From NCBI GenBank assembly GCA_043228905.1, contig JBHGNT010000009.1:5332001-5396000 (forward strand): a stretch of DNA of 64,000 nt, in the 5' to 3' direction. The position numbers and the translations under genes are program-made. The first letter of the stretch is position 1; each line of letters starts with the position of its first letter. Below the pieces are notes generated by a model. That model was given only the letters and a program-made list of their open reading frames with translations, made no database searches and was not told the DNA's origin. Shown here piece by piece: positions 37,563 to 49,100 of this stretch. Source of the stretch: Azolla caroliniana (taxonomy: Eukaryota; Plantae; Polypodiophyta).

Positions 37563-40500
37563 GAAAGACCCCACAGCTGTACGATAGAACCGAAACCGAA
37601 GAAACCCTGTACGATAGGTAGGAAATTTTGCTTCTCCAACAACGGAGGGTGTATGCTAGTCGGCATCGTTGGCCGAGAAAAGGCAAGGGCGGAAGTGCAA
37701 CTTCGAGCGAGCGGAGTTCTCGGCCCGGACGAGGAAATCAGCGGGGCCGTGGAGGCGGTCTCCTTCGACGACACCTTGGGGATGCTGAGGAAGGTAGCCG
37801 GAGAAGACCTTAACGAAGACCGGACGATACCGGTATGTTCCGAAGAGATGTACGAAGTCATCGCGAACTTCAGCCAGGGGCTCCGGTCGGATCGGACGGG
37901 CCCGAGTTAGCACGAAGTACAAGACTGTGGACCGGAAGGTAAGGCCAGTCGCGGCACCCTTACCGGAGGGCAGCGAGTCCCGAATCAGAGGGGTTGCGTC
38001 GGACCCCAGTTTATGAGATCCGGCCTGCATAGGACACACCTTCACCGACGGGACACTCCGGGAGCTCAAGATCGGTGGGGGCGGGTTCCTACTGCCGGCG
38101 GAGGAAGACCGGTTTCGGAGAATGCTCGGAAGGCACGGGAAAGCCTTCGCATTTTCGCCGGAAGAGATCGGGTGCGTAGACCCGACAATCGTGGAGCCGA
38201 TGGTGATATTCACGGTACCGCATGTGCCGCGGAATCTCAAGCCGATTCCGGTACCAAGAGCTCACATCCCGGAGTTGATGGAGCTACTGAGGCAGAAAGT
38301 TGATATGGGTATTCTCGAACCGTCGAGCACGCCATACTCGAACCGATGGTTTACCGTACCAAAGAAAAACGGAACATTGCGCTTCATTCAAGACCTGCAG
38401 CCGGTCAACAGAGTGACATTTCGGAATGCAGGGATCGGACCGACCATAGACGAGTTTGCGGAGGCCTTCGCCGGAAGGTCGATTTATTCGGTCGGTGATC
38501 TGTACTCGGGGTACGACTAGTTGCAGCTAGCCGTGGAGAGCAGAGACATTACGACGATGCGAACTCCCCTCGGCCTAGTGCGAATGTGTACCCTGCCACA
38601 AGGAGGGACCAACTCGGTGGCCCACATGGTGAATGCAATGAACAAGGTACTGAGGGATTGCATCCCGAACATCACCATGCCATTTCTAGACGACATCCCG
38701 ATCAAGGGGTGCCCGGTGGAAGAGAAGGACGCAACACTCGGACCGGACGGATGCCGGCGATTCGTGGCAACACACATCGACGATTGCGAGAAGGTGCTAC
38801 AAAGGCTAGAGGATGCGAGGCTCACCTTCTCCGGGGAGAAATCGGCCTTCGGGCAATCAGAGATCCTGGTGGTCGGACACCTATGTGGACCATATGGCCG
38901 GAAGCCGTCTCCGGCAAAAGTAGAAGCCATCTCCGCGATGAAGATCGACTGTAGCTCGGTTACAGAAGTTCGGAGGTTCCTGGGGGCGTGCGCATTCTAC
39001 CACATATGGATCCCGCATTACGCCCACGTTGCGGAGCCGCTATACGGGTTGCTGAAGAAGGGGCGAAAATTCGAGTGGCGAGACGAGCACACAGAGTCGG
39101 TCCGGAAGCTGAAGGAAGCTCTTGCGGCAGCACCGGCGCTCCGGAAGGCTGTCTACGAGAAGGGTACCCCAGTATACATAACGGTGGATACGAGTCCGAC
39201 CGGGATCGGATGGGTCGTCAACCAAGAAAACGAGGACGGCATTCGGTTCCTGATCCGATTCGGCGCAAAGGTCCTCAGTGAGCGACAACGAGGGTACGCC
39301 CAGGTTAAACGCGAACTCTGGGGTATCGTTTCGGTAGTAAAGGCCGACAAAGACTACCTGATCGGGACAGAAGTGATTATCGAGACGGATTGCCTGCCAA
39401 TTCTCGGCATGGTTTCCGGATGCGCGACACCGGACCTGGCGATGCTCAGGTGGATAGCGTATATCAAGTCCCTGGACCCGGAAATACGACACATTTCCGG
39501 AAAAGACAACGCCATGGCCGACATGCTTTTGAGGGCGAGGTTTGATGACGAGGGCGGCATGGTTTCGGAGGACGAAGAAGTCGGCGTGGACTTCTTCGAG
39601 GCGGCGTACGTGACGACCGATGGGACGAGCACTCCAGCACTTAACGACTTCGACGAGAGCAAGTACGACGGTGAGTGGCTCCAGATCGGTGGATTTTTGA
39701 GGACAATGACGCCGGATGCGTCATGGACGAAGGACGAGGCCAACCGGATCCGGAAGAAAGCTTACCGATTCTTTCTTCGGGACGGATACTTATGGAAGCA
39801 CCCGAAGAAGAGGAACGGCGTCCCACTCCGGGTGGTGGCGATGAAGGAAGAACAGGAGGAGCTGCTGACGGCCTACCACGACAGCCCTTGGGCTGGACAC
39901 CGTGGAACATGGGCCACGTTCGAGAAGATAAAGGGGAAGTACTGGTGGCCGGGACTGTACCGGGACGTGCATCGGTTCGTGACAACTTGCGAGAGCTGTC
40001 AGATGCACTCCATAGTCTGACATCGGGGTGGGCTTCACCCTACGTACCCTCCGACCATCCACTTCAAATGGATGGTAGACCTGGTGACGATGCCGATGGG
40101 GGTAGGACAGATGCGGTATCTGGTCCTGGCTCGGGAAGATCTGACGAACCAGGTGGAAGGCCGAGCCCTTCAGAACAAAACGACCGCGGCCGTATGTCGG
40201 TTCCTGATCGAGGACGTGATATGCCGGTACGGGTGCGTCGGGAAGATCGTGGCTGATCGCGGGGAGTTGGACGCCGAAGAGGCTGAGGAGCTGTTCGACC
40301 GGCTAGGAGTCAAGCTCTCGCTTACCACTGCGTACAATCCGGAGGCAAATGGGAAGGTGGAGCGCGGACATGGACCGATCGTCAAGGCGTTAGTTCGGGC
40401 ATGCGGAGGTCAAGTCGGGAACTGGCCGCGGCTGCTGCCTTACGTGTTGTGGGCGGACCGAACTACGCACAGTTCGGTAACCGGATTCATGCCGGCGGAG

Positions 40501-42944
40501 CTCATGTTTGGGCAGAAGCCGATCATGCCGATGGAACGTACAATCTCCTCATGGGCAACCGTGACCTGGAGAGACGAGATGAGCCGAGAGGAATTGTTGG
40601 CGGCGCGCATACGACAGCTCGAGCGAAGACCGGAGGACGTGGAGCAGGCTGCGGAAAAGCTTCGGGAAGCAAGGATGAGGAACAAAGCCCGGTTCGACCG
40701 AACGCACCGGCTCCGACCGAAGAAGATCAAGGAAGGCGACTGGGTGCTAGTCTACGACAGCAGCCTCGACAACCAGCATCGAGCGACACGGAAGTTCGCA
40801 AGAAGGTGGTTCGGGCCTTACGTGGTACAAAGCGCCAACGACAACGGGACGTACCATCTGGCGGAACTCGACGGCACGAGAATGGCGATACCGGTAGCTG
40901 GGAAGCGGATCAAAGCGTTCAAGAAGCGTCACGACGACAAGCCAGATCCGGTTAACCTGGACCGGAACGACGAACGATCGGAAACCGAGGAAGAACTGAC
41001 GTGCGGGGAATGAAGGCTGGACCGGTTTTCTCCGTCCCAACTCAATTTGGCGCATGCCGGTGGATGCGCGGTTAGGTGGGGGCGGATGTCGTGAAGAAAA
41101 CCGTCCACAAGCGGAATCGGTGCACCGGAGCATAGGGACCGGCTCTTCATGCACGTACGCCTTGTGTTGTACATAGGAGAGAATTAGGGACATGGGAGAT
41201 CCTAGGTAGGTAGATTCGGTAGGTAGGAAGTTAATAGGAAACGGCTCCCTTCTTGCCTATAAAAGGAGGGAGACGAGGAGGAGGAGGGGGCGCGCGAAGT
41301 AAGAGAGGACGAAGTGCTGTCGGATTGTGGGCCGAAGGCTTCTCTCTCTTCCAAACTCCATAGCTTCTTTCTGCGCAGGTTTCGGGAGGCTCGCACTGCT
41401 TTGAGGAATGCCCGAGTGCTTCCGACAGCACCTCCAACCTACTCCTTTCTTTCTTTCTGTGCGTTTGCGAACAGGCATCGGCATCTGTTCCCGGCCTGTT
41501 CGGTTGTAACCGACTTCGTGTTCTTGTTGTTTGTCTTTGTTAATACATACATACATTCGTGTCTATCCATGTCGCTATCCCACTCGCGTCTTTGTGTCGA
41601 AGGGCCGTGTCCCTGCGAATCTACGCTCGCACGTAGTGGGTTCCCTTCTCCTTTCTCTCTTGCTCTTCGGTACAAGACCCCCGAGGTCCCGCCCCATTCC
41701 ACGCATCCGCGAGGAATACCTCGACAACGTGAAATCCTTCCAATTGATGCATGTAGATCTCTTCTTCGAGGTCGCCATGTAGGAATGCCATCTTGATGTC
41801 CAGTTGCTCTACCTCGAGGTTCATGCTTGCCGCTATGCCCAATACCGTCTGGATGGATATCATAAAGACTACCAGGGCAAAGATTTCATCGAAGTTCACT
41901 GCTTTCTTCTGCTGAAAGCCCTTCACCATGATCCGGGCCTTATACCTTGGTGGATTTCTGGCGTCTCCCGGTTTTAGCTTGTACACCTACTTGTTCCGGA
42001 GTGCCCTCTTTCCTTTCGGCAACTCCGTCAGTTCGTATGTGTGGTTCTCATGCAGGGAATCCATCTCGTCCTGCATGGTACTCAATCACTTGCAGCTGTG
42101 AGTGTCTTTCTTTGCTTCTTCGAAGCTTTCCAGCTCCCCCTCATCGGTTAGCAATATGTGCTCTGCATCTGGAAATCTTCGGGGGGCTCTTCTCTCCTTG
42201 AGAGGGTATCTATGCCTTTGGTCTTCAACTACCGGTTCCTCCGTTTGTTCTTCATCCGAATCTAATTCGGGGTCTTGTTCGGTTCTGGTGTCTCCTTCGT
42301 CTTCGGTCGGTTCGCTTTCTTGTCTGAATCCGGCTAGTTCGTCGAGTGTCATCTGGTTACCGGCTAACTTTCGGTTTTCAACTGGGTAAGTCCTTGTGTC
42401 CTCAAACTGGTTTTCATTGGATGATCCAGAGTTCTTCACCTTCTTCTCTGACTCCTAGTTGGCAATGGTCCTGTCTTCCATGAAGACTATATCCCGACTC
42501 CGGAACAGCTTCTTGTCGACTAGGTCCCACACTCGATAACCAAACTCATCATCGCCGTATCCAAGGAATATGCATGGCTGGGATTTCGGATCCAACTTTT
42601 CTCTCTTGTCCTTTGCAACATGCACGTATGCGAGACAACCGAACACATTCAGATGCTGGTATGATACATCTTTACCGGTCCATACTTTTTGCGGTGATTC
42701 TCCTTCCAAGGGTGCTGAGGGTGATCTGTTTATCACATAGGTCGCCGTCATCAGCGCCTCAACCCAAAACGTCTTGAGTAACTTGGGATGTGCTAGCATG
42801 CTTCAGACTCCTTCCATTATGATCCAGTTCATCCGTTCAACTAGCCCGTTCAATTCCAATGTCTTTATCACGGTAAATTCGAGCCGAATTCCCTTCAATC
42901 AACACTACTCCTCGAACTGCCCCTGATATTGTCCTTGTCATGAT

Positions 42945-43012
42945 ATGGCAAGACTCGAACCCATGACCTTATGTTACATGGATCGAGCTCTTGACCATTA
43001 GACTATATGTTG
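42945..43012 (-). other. tRNA-like Pol III promoter module (A box and B box) antisense in the U3 of the element C LTR; second copy at about 55365-55432
   Basis: Minus strand: TAGTCTAATGGTCAAG (A box, starts 43005) ... GGTTCGAGTC (B box, starts 42961). The 44-nt offset matches tRNA positions 8 and 52. Confidence 0.6.
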
Positions 43013-43080
43013 TAATACGAAAAACATTATTTTCATTTAAGTTTTACTATAGAAAATTGATGTATATTCCAGATTTCTCT

Positions 43081-43126
43081 GGAACATTCTAGAAACTTCA
43101 GGAGTACTCCTAAGAACACTATAAAA
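43081..43126 (+). promoter_or_regulatory. Heat-shock element and TATA box in the element C 5' LTR
   Basis: gGAAcaTTCtaGAAacTTCa at 43081-43100 is four perfect alternating nGAAn units; TATAAAA lies at 43120-43126. Confidence 0.7.
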
Positions 43127-43230
43127 GGAGGCACAAGGCATTATTTCGAACCAAATCGGTTCAACGCCAGTCTTAAGCCTCCTAGCTACTATTGTATATT
43201 CCCTTAACATAGTATATATCTTTTGTTATC

Positions 43231-43277
<47 letters not shown>

Positions 43278-44649
43278 ACACACACACACACACACACACT
43301 CTTTCCTTCTCTCGGGATTTCTATACCTCCCTTAGTACTAATCCTCATCTTTTAGTACTAATTCCTTCTATGTTTTAGTACTGTTCCTCACAGTACTTCT
43401 CTGCCTTAGTACTACTTCTGACAGTTTGAACCGATTTTCCTCTCCTTCCTTCTCTTCCTTTATCTTCTTACTTCTCCCTCCCTTCATACTAATCTCTTAT
43501 TCATCTCTTCTCTCATACTATGGCCACTGTTAGCGCTCAAGAATATCAATCCGTTTTCTCAGAGCTGCAATGCTTGAAAGAGAAGTTCCTTGCTTTGGAA
43601 CAAGAAAATCAACAGTTGTTGGGGCATCTTCAACAAATCTCTTTAGAAAAGTAGCAAATGCAACAACAACATGGGGAACTAGTTGTACGCGTGCAACAAC
43701 TCGAAGCAACCTTAGTAGCGATTCAACAACAAGGACCTAGTACGCAAGAGATTCATAAAGAACCCAAGATCGGCCTTCCCATGAAATTCGATGGAACGCG
43801 ATCGCAGTTTAGAGGATTCCTTAATCAGGTACGATTAGTCATTCAAATGCATCCTTCTCAATATCCCACCGATGCATCACGAGTGGGACTAGTAGGCACT
43901 GTACTTAGTGGCATGGCTTTGGTATGGTTCGCCCCCCTTTGAGAAAAAAGCTCTCCCTTGTTAAATATTTTCGAAGATTTTATTACCGAGTTTAAAGCCT
44001 GTTTTGGAGATACCGACAGTGTTAGAACAACAATCAACAAAATTCGAAGATTGCGCCAAGGTGAGCGACCGACTTCGGTTTATGTTGCGGATTTCCGTCT
44101 TCTCACCACCGATATTCCCTGGGATGACAAGGCACTAATGGAGCAATTTCGTTTTGGCCTACGTAATGATGTTAAAGATTTACTCTTAACTTTCCCCGAG
44201 GAGTCAAAGTCATTGACATAAGTAATCAGTCGTGCGGTGCGATGCGATAATCGCCTCTTCGAACGACGTTCGGAACGTCAGTTCCAAATGCCACGAACAA
44301 GATCGGAGCCCACCTACGCTTCAATCGTAGCAAAGCCTTTCCCAAGGGAGTCATTCAATACGTCTCCAACAAATACTCTGACTCCAATGGAAATCGATAC
44401 CACACGTCGTCGCGGACCACTATTGGAAGAAGAAAAACAACGATGCAGGGCAAATCGATTATGTCTTTATTGCAGTGAACCGCAGCATATTATAGTGAAT
44501 TGCCCCCATCGACCGAAAAGGCAGGTAAATCAAATAACCGCTAGTACTAATAGTACTAAACCCGAGTCTATTTCTCTAGGTGTGTCTGATAGTCCCAATA
44601 ACCCAAGACTTTCAAACAAATTTGAAATCCTTAGTCAACTAGAAGAAGA

Positions 44650-44701
44650 GTTAAACGATTAAGTCCAACCAAAATAGGGGCCGTTTGGCTGGACAACCCT
44701 A
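44650..44701 (+). promoter_or_regulatory. Putative gag-pol -1 frameshift signal of element C
   Basis: G TTA AAC, then a 6-nt spacer, stem GTCCAACCA/TGGCTGGAC and a second stem TAGGG/CCCTA. The protease ORF at 44707 is in the -1 frame and open from the slip site. Confidence 0.65.
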
Positions 44702-46142
44702 GATCTGTGCAACCCATTAGTGGTTCCATTTCCTCTAAGCAAGTTAGCAATGTGTTCTTAGCTCAAATAATGGTTAGTACTAAAAGTACTCCTACAATAC
44801 ATGTCTTAGCACTCTTAGATTCCGGAGCCAACTCTTGCTTCATGGATAGGAATTTTGCCCAAGCTCATCAGATATCCCTAAAGAAACTCCCATGTCCAGC
44901 CTCTGTAGTAGTCATTGATGGTCGTCCCATTGCTTCCAGGAATATTATAGAAGAGTCAGAACCTGTTAATATTGTCCTAGATAACTTAGCATGTGTAGTA
45001 TCATTTAATATAATTAGTATCCCAGAACATCCCATTGTTTTGGGATTACCATAGTTCGAATTACATAGCCCAACCATAGATTGGAGAACAAGAGAAATAC
45101 GGTGTCGACAAACCCAAGGATCTACTCATAAGATTGCAACCATTTCGCAACATCAGTTGTGTGAGGAAGGACGCAAGGAAGAAATGTTTCTCTTCGCAAT
45201 ATCAGTAAACCCCTCTAGTATCAATAAAGAGGAGTCCACCATTCAACTTCCAGAGAAGTATTGTCATTATGTCGATGTGTTCGATAAAGTACGAGCTAAT
45301 AGGCTTCCGCACCATCGACCATATGATTGCCCCATTGATTTACAACTGGGAAAAGAGCCACCATGGGGACCGATCTACAATTTGTCACCAACAGAGCTAG
45401 ACGTGCTTCGAACCTATATAGAGGAGAATTTGGCAAATGGTTTCATTTGACATTCGAAATCTCCAGCCGACGCACCCATTTTCTTCGTCAAGAAAAAGGA
45501 TGGATCACTTCGTCTCATCGTAGATTACCGTGGGTTGAATAAAGTCACCATCAGGAATAGGTATGCACTTCCCCTTATCTCAAGTATGTTAGAACGGATC
45601 AATGGTGCAAGGTTCTTCACAAATATCGACTTACGAGGAGCGTATAACCTCGTACGGATCCTGTTAAGAGTCTATTACTAATCAATAGACCAAATCAAGT
45701 AAAAAGGAAGAAAATAGATTGGATAGAAGAACCCGTTCCACCCGACCACCCCCGAGCTATGATCTAGACATAGCCAACCTACCACCGACGTCCCATACCG
45801 CCGGATATTAGGATGACTAATACCTTGGAAGAGATAAACACGATCGTCGAGACGAAAGCCTAGCCCGCACCACCGGTGTCTACGCCAGCAGCCTTCCGAC
45901 GTGATGATCCTTATGAGGGTAGCTAAGCCTCATATTTATACCTTTTCCTAGGCCCCTTGAATAGATGTGCCTTTCTAAAAGGCTCTCTATTCATTGGTTT
46001 TCTAAATCATGATAGTGCATGCACATATCATTCATTCTATCCAATCATTAGTCCCCTTTTTAATAATAGTGAACATACCCTTCACTAATGTAAATATTAG
46101 TGACCTACCCTCACCAACGTTATGTGTACATAACATACTCCC

Positions 46143-49100
46143 CTACTTCAAAAGATTGCACTCTTGCAATATAAAGTGAGGAAATTGTGCCTTAAGCGAA
46201 TGCTCGCATTCCCATGTGGCATCATCAATAGGTTTATCCATCCATTTGATCTTGAATAGCCGAATCTCTTTAGAACGTAAACGTTTAGTACGAGAATCAA
46301 GAATTCGTTCAGGAACATGAGGTTTGTAAGAAAAATCCTCTAATGTTACAAGATCTTGGATTGTGATGGTGTTATCACCAGAGCCTAAAAATGGTTTTAG
46401 ACGACTGACGTGAAAAACAGGATGAATACCAACGTTACGAGGTAAGGCAAGGTGATAAGCAGATGACCCAACTCGCTTAAGGATTTCAAATGGGCCACAA
46501 TATCGTGGGGCTAACTTAGCGCACTTGCCCGTAGATAATGACGTAGAATCAGTCGGGACACGCAAAAAAACTTTTTGACCAATAGTAAATGCACGAGGAC
46601 GTCTATCCTGATCAGCATAAAATCGAGCACGATCTTGAGCTGTCTTGACATTTTCTTTGGCAATATGCAACATTTGGTTCATGTCTTGCAAAAAATTGCG
46701 TGTACTGTCTAATGTATCACGATGAATCGTGACATCAACTGGGGTACGTGGCTGAAAACCATACATCAACATAAAAGGACTATATCCAGTGGATGTATGT
46801 TTAGAGCTATTATAGGCAAATTCTAAGATAGGAAGGTATTGCTCCCACTTAGAAGGGGTTTTTGCTACGTAAGCTCGAAGCATGTCCTCAATAATTTGAT
46901 TAACTCGTTCAGTTTGTCCATCAGACTGAGGATGATCTGCGGAACTCATGCTCAACGTAGTTTCTAGTTTCTTAAAGACCTGAGTCCAAAAGTCACTAGT
47001 AAACTTGGAATCTCGATCACTAACAATATCCATCGGTAATCCATAAAAACGAAATAACTCATCAACAAATTGATAAGCCAACTATTGAGCGGTTACCGTG
47101 GTTTTTGTAGGAATAAATCTAGCTAATTTTGTTAGCCTGTCAACGACAACCCATATGGCATCATGACCCCTCTGTGTACGAGGTAAACTAACAATAAAAT
47201 CCATCGAGATACTTTCCCATTTATTGTTGGGAATATCTAAGGGATGTAAAAGACCAGCAGCTTTAAGTCGTTCCGACTTATTAATCTGACATTGTAAGCA
47301 TTGAGTTACGTATTTATGCACGTCAGAGCGCATCTTAGGCCAGAAAAAAGTACACGAGATGAGAACGAGTGTGCGTTGTATTCCAGGATGACCAGCAGAT
47401 GGTGCATCATGACATTCATGAAAAATTTTCTGTTTAACATTTGGTAAATCTGGAACACAGACCTTTCCACTACGGTAGAGCAAACCGTTTGTAATGTGAA
47501 AGGTCGCCTTCGAGGGTAGGGTGCTAGTATCGGCATCTAAACCAGATTCGGCTTTCGTCCAGTATTTTGAGAAATAACTGTCATCAAGGTATTTCCCTCG
47601 AAGGTGATCTAAAAGATTAGATTTTATTTCCGTGAAGCTAAGCATGTTAACTTCTTTAATGCGACTAAGAGCATCAGCAACGGTGTTCATAGAACCCTTG
47701 CGATATCGTATGGAAAAATCAAAATCTTGCATAAGGTCAGCCCAACGGCCTTTACGACCAACAAGATCGGGCTGGTCACAAAAATACTTTAATGATTGAT
47801 GGTCTGTTGTAACCACAAATTTATTTCCATAGAGATAGTGCCTCCATGTTTTAAGTGCGTGTATCACCGCAAACAACTCTTTCTCTTGAACCGAATACCG
47901 AGATTGAGCAGCATCAAGCTTCTTACTTTCAAAAGCAATAGGGTGACCACCTTGATAAAGAACGGCACCAATAGCATAATCACTAGCATCGGTTTCAATT
48001 GAGAAAGGCTTAGAAGGGTTTGGTAATAGAAGAGTGGGAGCCTGACACACATGCTCCTTGAGTGTCTCAAATGATTTGTCAAGTTGTTCATTCCATGAAA
48101 TTGGTTTGACAGACTTACGTGGATGACCTTTTAAAAGGTCAGTTAATGGCGTAGTCAATTTGGAATAGTTACGAATTGATTTTCGTAAAAATCCAACAAA
48201 CCCTAAGAATGATCTAAGTTCACGAATATTACGAGGAATGGGCCAAAGTTTAACCTTTTCAATACGAGAAGGTTCAATTTCAACGCCATTTTCTGTAATT
48301 AAATGACCTAGGTACACAATAGATTTTTGGAAGAAGTCACATTTTGAATGTTTTGCATAGAAAGAGTTGTCACGCAACTTTCGCAAAACAAATCGAACAT
48401 GTTGAACATGATCTTGCAAGGTACGGCTATATATCAAAATATCATCCAAGAAGATGACAACAAAATCACCGAGTTGATCTCGGAAAACATCATTCATCGC
48501 TTGTTGGAATGTGGCTGGAGCATTAGTCAACCCAAATGGCATGACGAAAAACTCATAATGGCCATAACGCGTACGAAAAGCGGTTTTAGGAATATCATCC
48601 TCGGCGATGCGAATCTGATGATAACCAGTTCGTAAGTCAATTTTCGTAAAATATCGAGCCCCGTGCAAACGATCAATCAAATCATCGGCACGAGGTAATG
48701 GATATACATTCTTAATTGTCATTTTATTCAAACGGCGATAATTGATACACATTCGCCACGAACCTTCCTTCTTCTTGACTAATAGAACTGGCGCACCCCA
48801 AGGTGATTTACTATACCTAATGTGGCCCATACTCAAGTATTCCTTAAGTTGTTTAGCGATCTCATCCTCTTCTAATCGACTAAGTCGGTAAGGTGGAATG
48901 CTCACAGGAGCAGCCCCAGGGATGAGTTCAATTTGATGGTCCACATTACGTTTAGGTGGTAAAGTAAGCGGTAATTCAGTGGGAAACACATCTTGAAAAT
49001 CCTCTAAAATAGAGTCGAGTAATCGTTGCTCAAAATGTGGTAATTGTGTGGCGTCAATATTAAAATAATAAAATTGAACCGCAAGATCAATTACACACGA

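Larger units (their letters stand above)
29299..41726 (+). mobile_element. Element D: non-chromovirus Ty3/Gypsy LTR retrotransposon with tRNA-Trp PBS and 4-bp TSD
   Basis: LTRs 29299-29934 and 41087-41726 (TGTCGTGA...TCGACA; about 9 transitions and one 4-bp indel by eye). TSD ACGT at 29295-29298 and 41727-41730. PBS TGGTGAACCCGACGTGA at 29938-29954. PPT AGGTGGGGGCGGA. gag from 29979 with CCHC at ~36246, PR ALVDHGSEIN at ~37130, RT FLDDI, RH, and INT to 41013. Several stops; no chromodomain. Confidence 0.92.

Noticed and set aside
36100-41800. Numerous overlapping and antisense ORFs in element D as extra genes (e.g. env-like)
   Set aside because: They are expected from high GC and stop-codon depletion; none has recognisable motifs or its own space outside gag-pol.
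42945-43012. Functional tRNA genes in the LTRs of elements C and E
   Set aside because: The A and B boxes are recognisable but the acceptor and anticodon stems do not pair, so they are reported only as tRNA-like modules.
45725-45765. A/B-box-like motif in the element F LTR
   Set aside because: The B box is poor and the spacing is far shorter than in tRNA.
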